This document shows positions 62,950 through 64,000 of a DNA stretch of 64,000 nt, in pieces. Numbering within the stretch: the first letter of the stretch is position 1; the number at the start of each line of letters is the position of its first letter. A model generated the notes under the pieces. The model was not told the origin of the DNA, searched no databases, and saw only the letters and a list, made by a program, of their open reading frames with translations. This DNA comes from Octopus sinensis (Eukaryota). A program made the translations under genes and the position numbers. Location: the NCBI RefSeq assembly GCF_006345805.1, contig NC_043009.1, forward strand, positions 9,610,001 to 9,674,000, in the 5' to 3' direction.

Positions 62950-64000
62950 AGAGGAATTTAAGACAGGCTGCACCTGGGAGCTCCTCTATGCTGATGACCT
63001 TACTCTCATTGCGGAATCACTTCCAGACCTAGAGAAGAAGTTCCAGGTATGAAAGCAAAGTCTAGAATCGAAGAGCCTTACAGTTAATCTAGCAAAAACC
63101 AAAGTTTTAGTAAGTAGGAAGGTAGACAAATCACAAATCCCTTCAGGTAGATGGCCCAGCTCGATCTGTAGAAAAGCATAGGTAGAAACTCCATAAGATG
63201 CACCCGGTGTAAGCTATGGACACATAAAAGATGCAGTAATATCAGAGGAAGGTTAACAGGGAAACTAGCTTTTGTATGTGGAAGATGCACAGTATAATAA
63301 ATGCTGAAAATGTGCAGAAAATAGACTCCATTAACTCCCAAGAGGACAAACTAGAGGTAGTAGATAGCTTCCGTTATTTAGGTGACCAAGTTAGTAGTGG
63401 AAGTGGATGTCCTGAGAGTATAGCTATGAGAATAATGATAAACTGGGCAAAGTTCAGAGCTCCTATCTCTGCTGGCAACAAAAGGGCGCTCTCTCAGAGT
63501 GAAAGGCTGATTGTTTGATGTTGTGTGCGAACAGCTATGCTACATGGCAGTGAAACATGGGCTGTGACAGCTGAGGACATGTGTAGGCTTGAAAGAAATG
63601 AAGCCAGTATACTTTGCTGGATGTGCAATGTCAGTGTGCATGTTCAACAGATTGTAAGCATCTTGAGAGAAAAGTTAGGCATAAGAGGCATCAGATGTGG
63701 TGTGCAAGAGAGACAACTGTGCTGATATGGTTATGAGATACGGATGGACGAGGACAGCTGTGTAAACAAGTGCCAATCCCTAACTGTAGAGGGAACTTGT
63801 GGTAGAGGTACACCCAGGAAGACATGGTACGAGGTGAAGCATGATCTTTGGGCCTCACAGAGGTGATGACTAGTGACTGAGACCTTTGGCGATATGCTGT
63901 GCTTGAGAAGACCTGTCAAGCCAAGTGAAATCATAGTAACGGCTGATGCTGGTGCCAAGTAAGTGGCACGTAAAAAGCACCATTCAAGCATTGGGCCCCA
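62950..64000 (+). mobile_element. RTE-type LINE, RT C-terminal part and start of 3' UTR, decayed
   Basis: WELLYADDLTLIAES...VNLAKTK; VDSFRYLGD; MLHGSETW; runs into the gtggcacgtaaaaagcacc 3'-UTR unit. Confidence 0.85.

Overview
Repeat-dense animal genomic DNA, most likely a coleoid cephalopod (Octopus-type SINE/LINE repertoire, judged by recognition and not by search), with one 100-N scaffold gap. One protein-coding gene was reconstructed by hand on the minus strand. It has 13 well-supported coding exons (45408 to 1400) with matching splice phases, a tentative 14th exon, and a probable 5'-UTR exon at 51351-51471. It encodes a class I cytokine receptor of gp130/Domeless architecture: signal peptide, Ig-like domain, cytokine-binding module (four Cys, degenerate WSxWS = GIYSE), three more FN3 domains and one TM helix. 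The model is about 643 aa if exon 14 is terminal. The visible cytoplasmic sequence is short and proline-free, so it may be a decoy-type receptor. The introns and upstream region hold tRNA-derived SINEs, RTE and CR1 LINEs, Tc1/mariner, hAT and Helitron remnants, and many Penelope-like element pieces. At least seven distinct minimal type I hammerhead-ribozyme-like motifs occur in those pieces, one family coupled to a tRNA-like Pol III promoter. A tRNA-Glu(TTC) gene and a paired kappaB/GATA cluster lie near the presumed 5' end.
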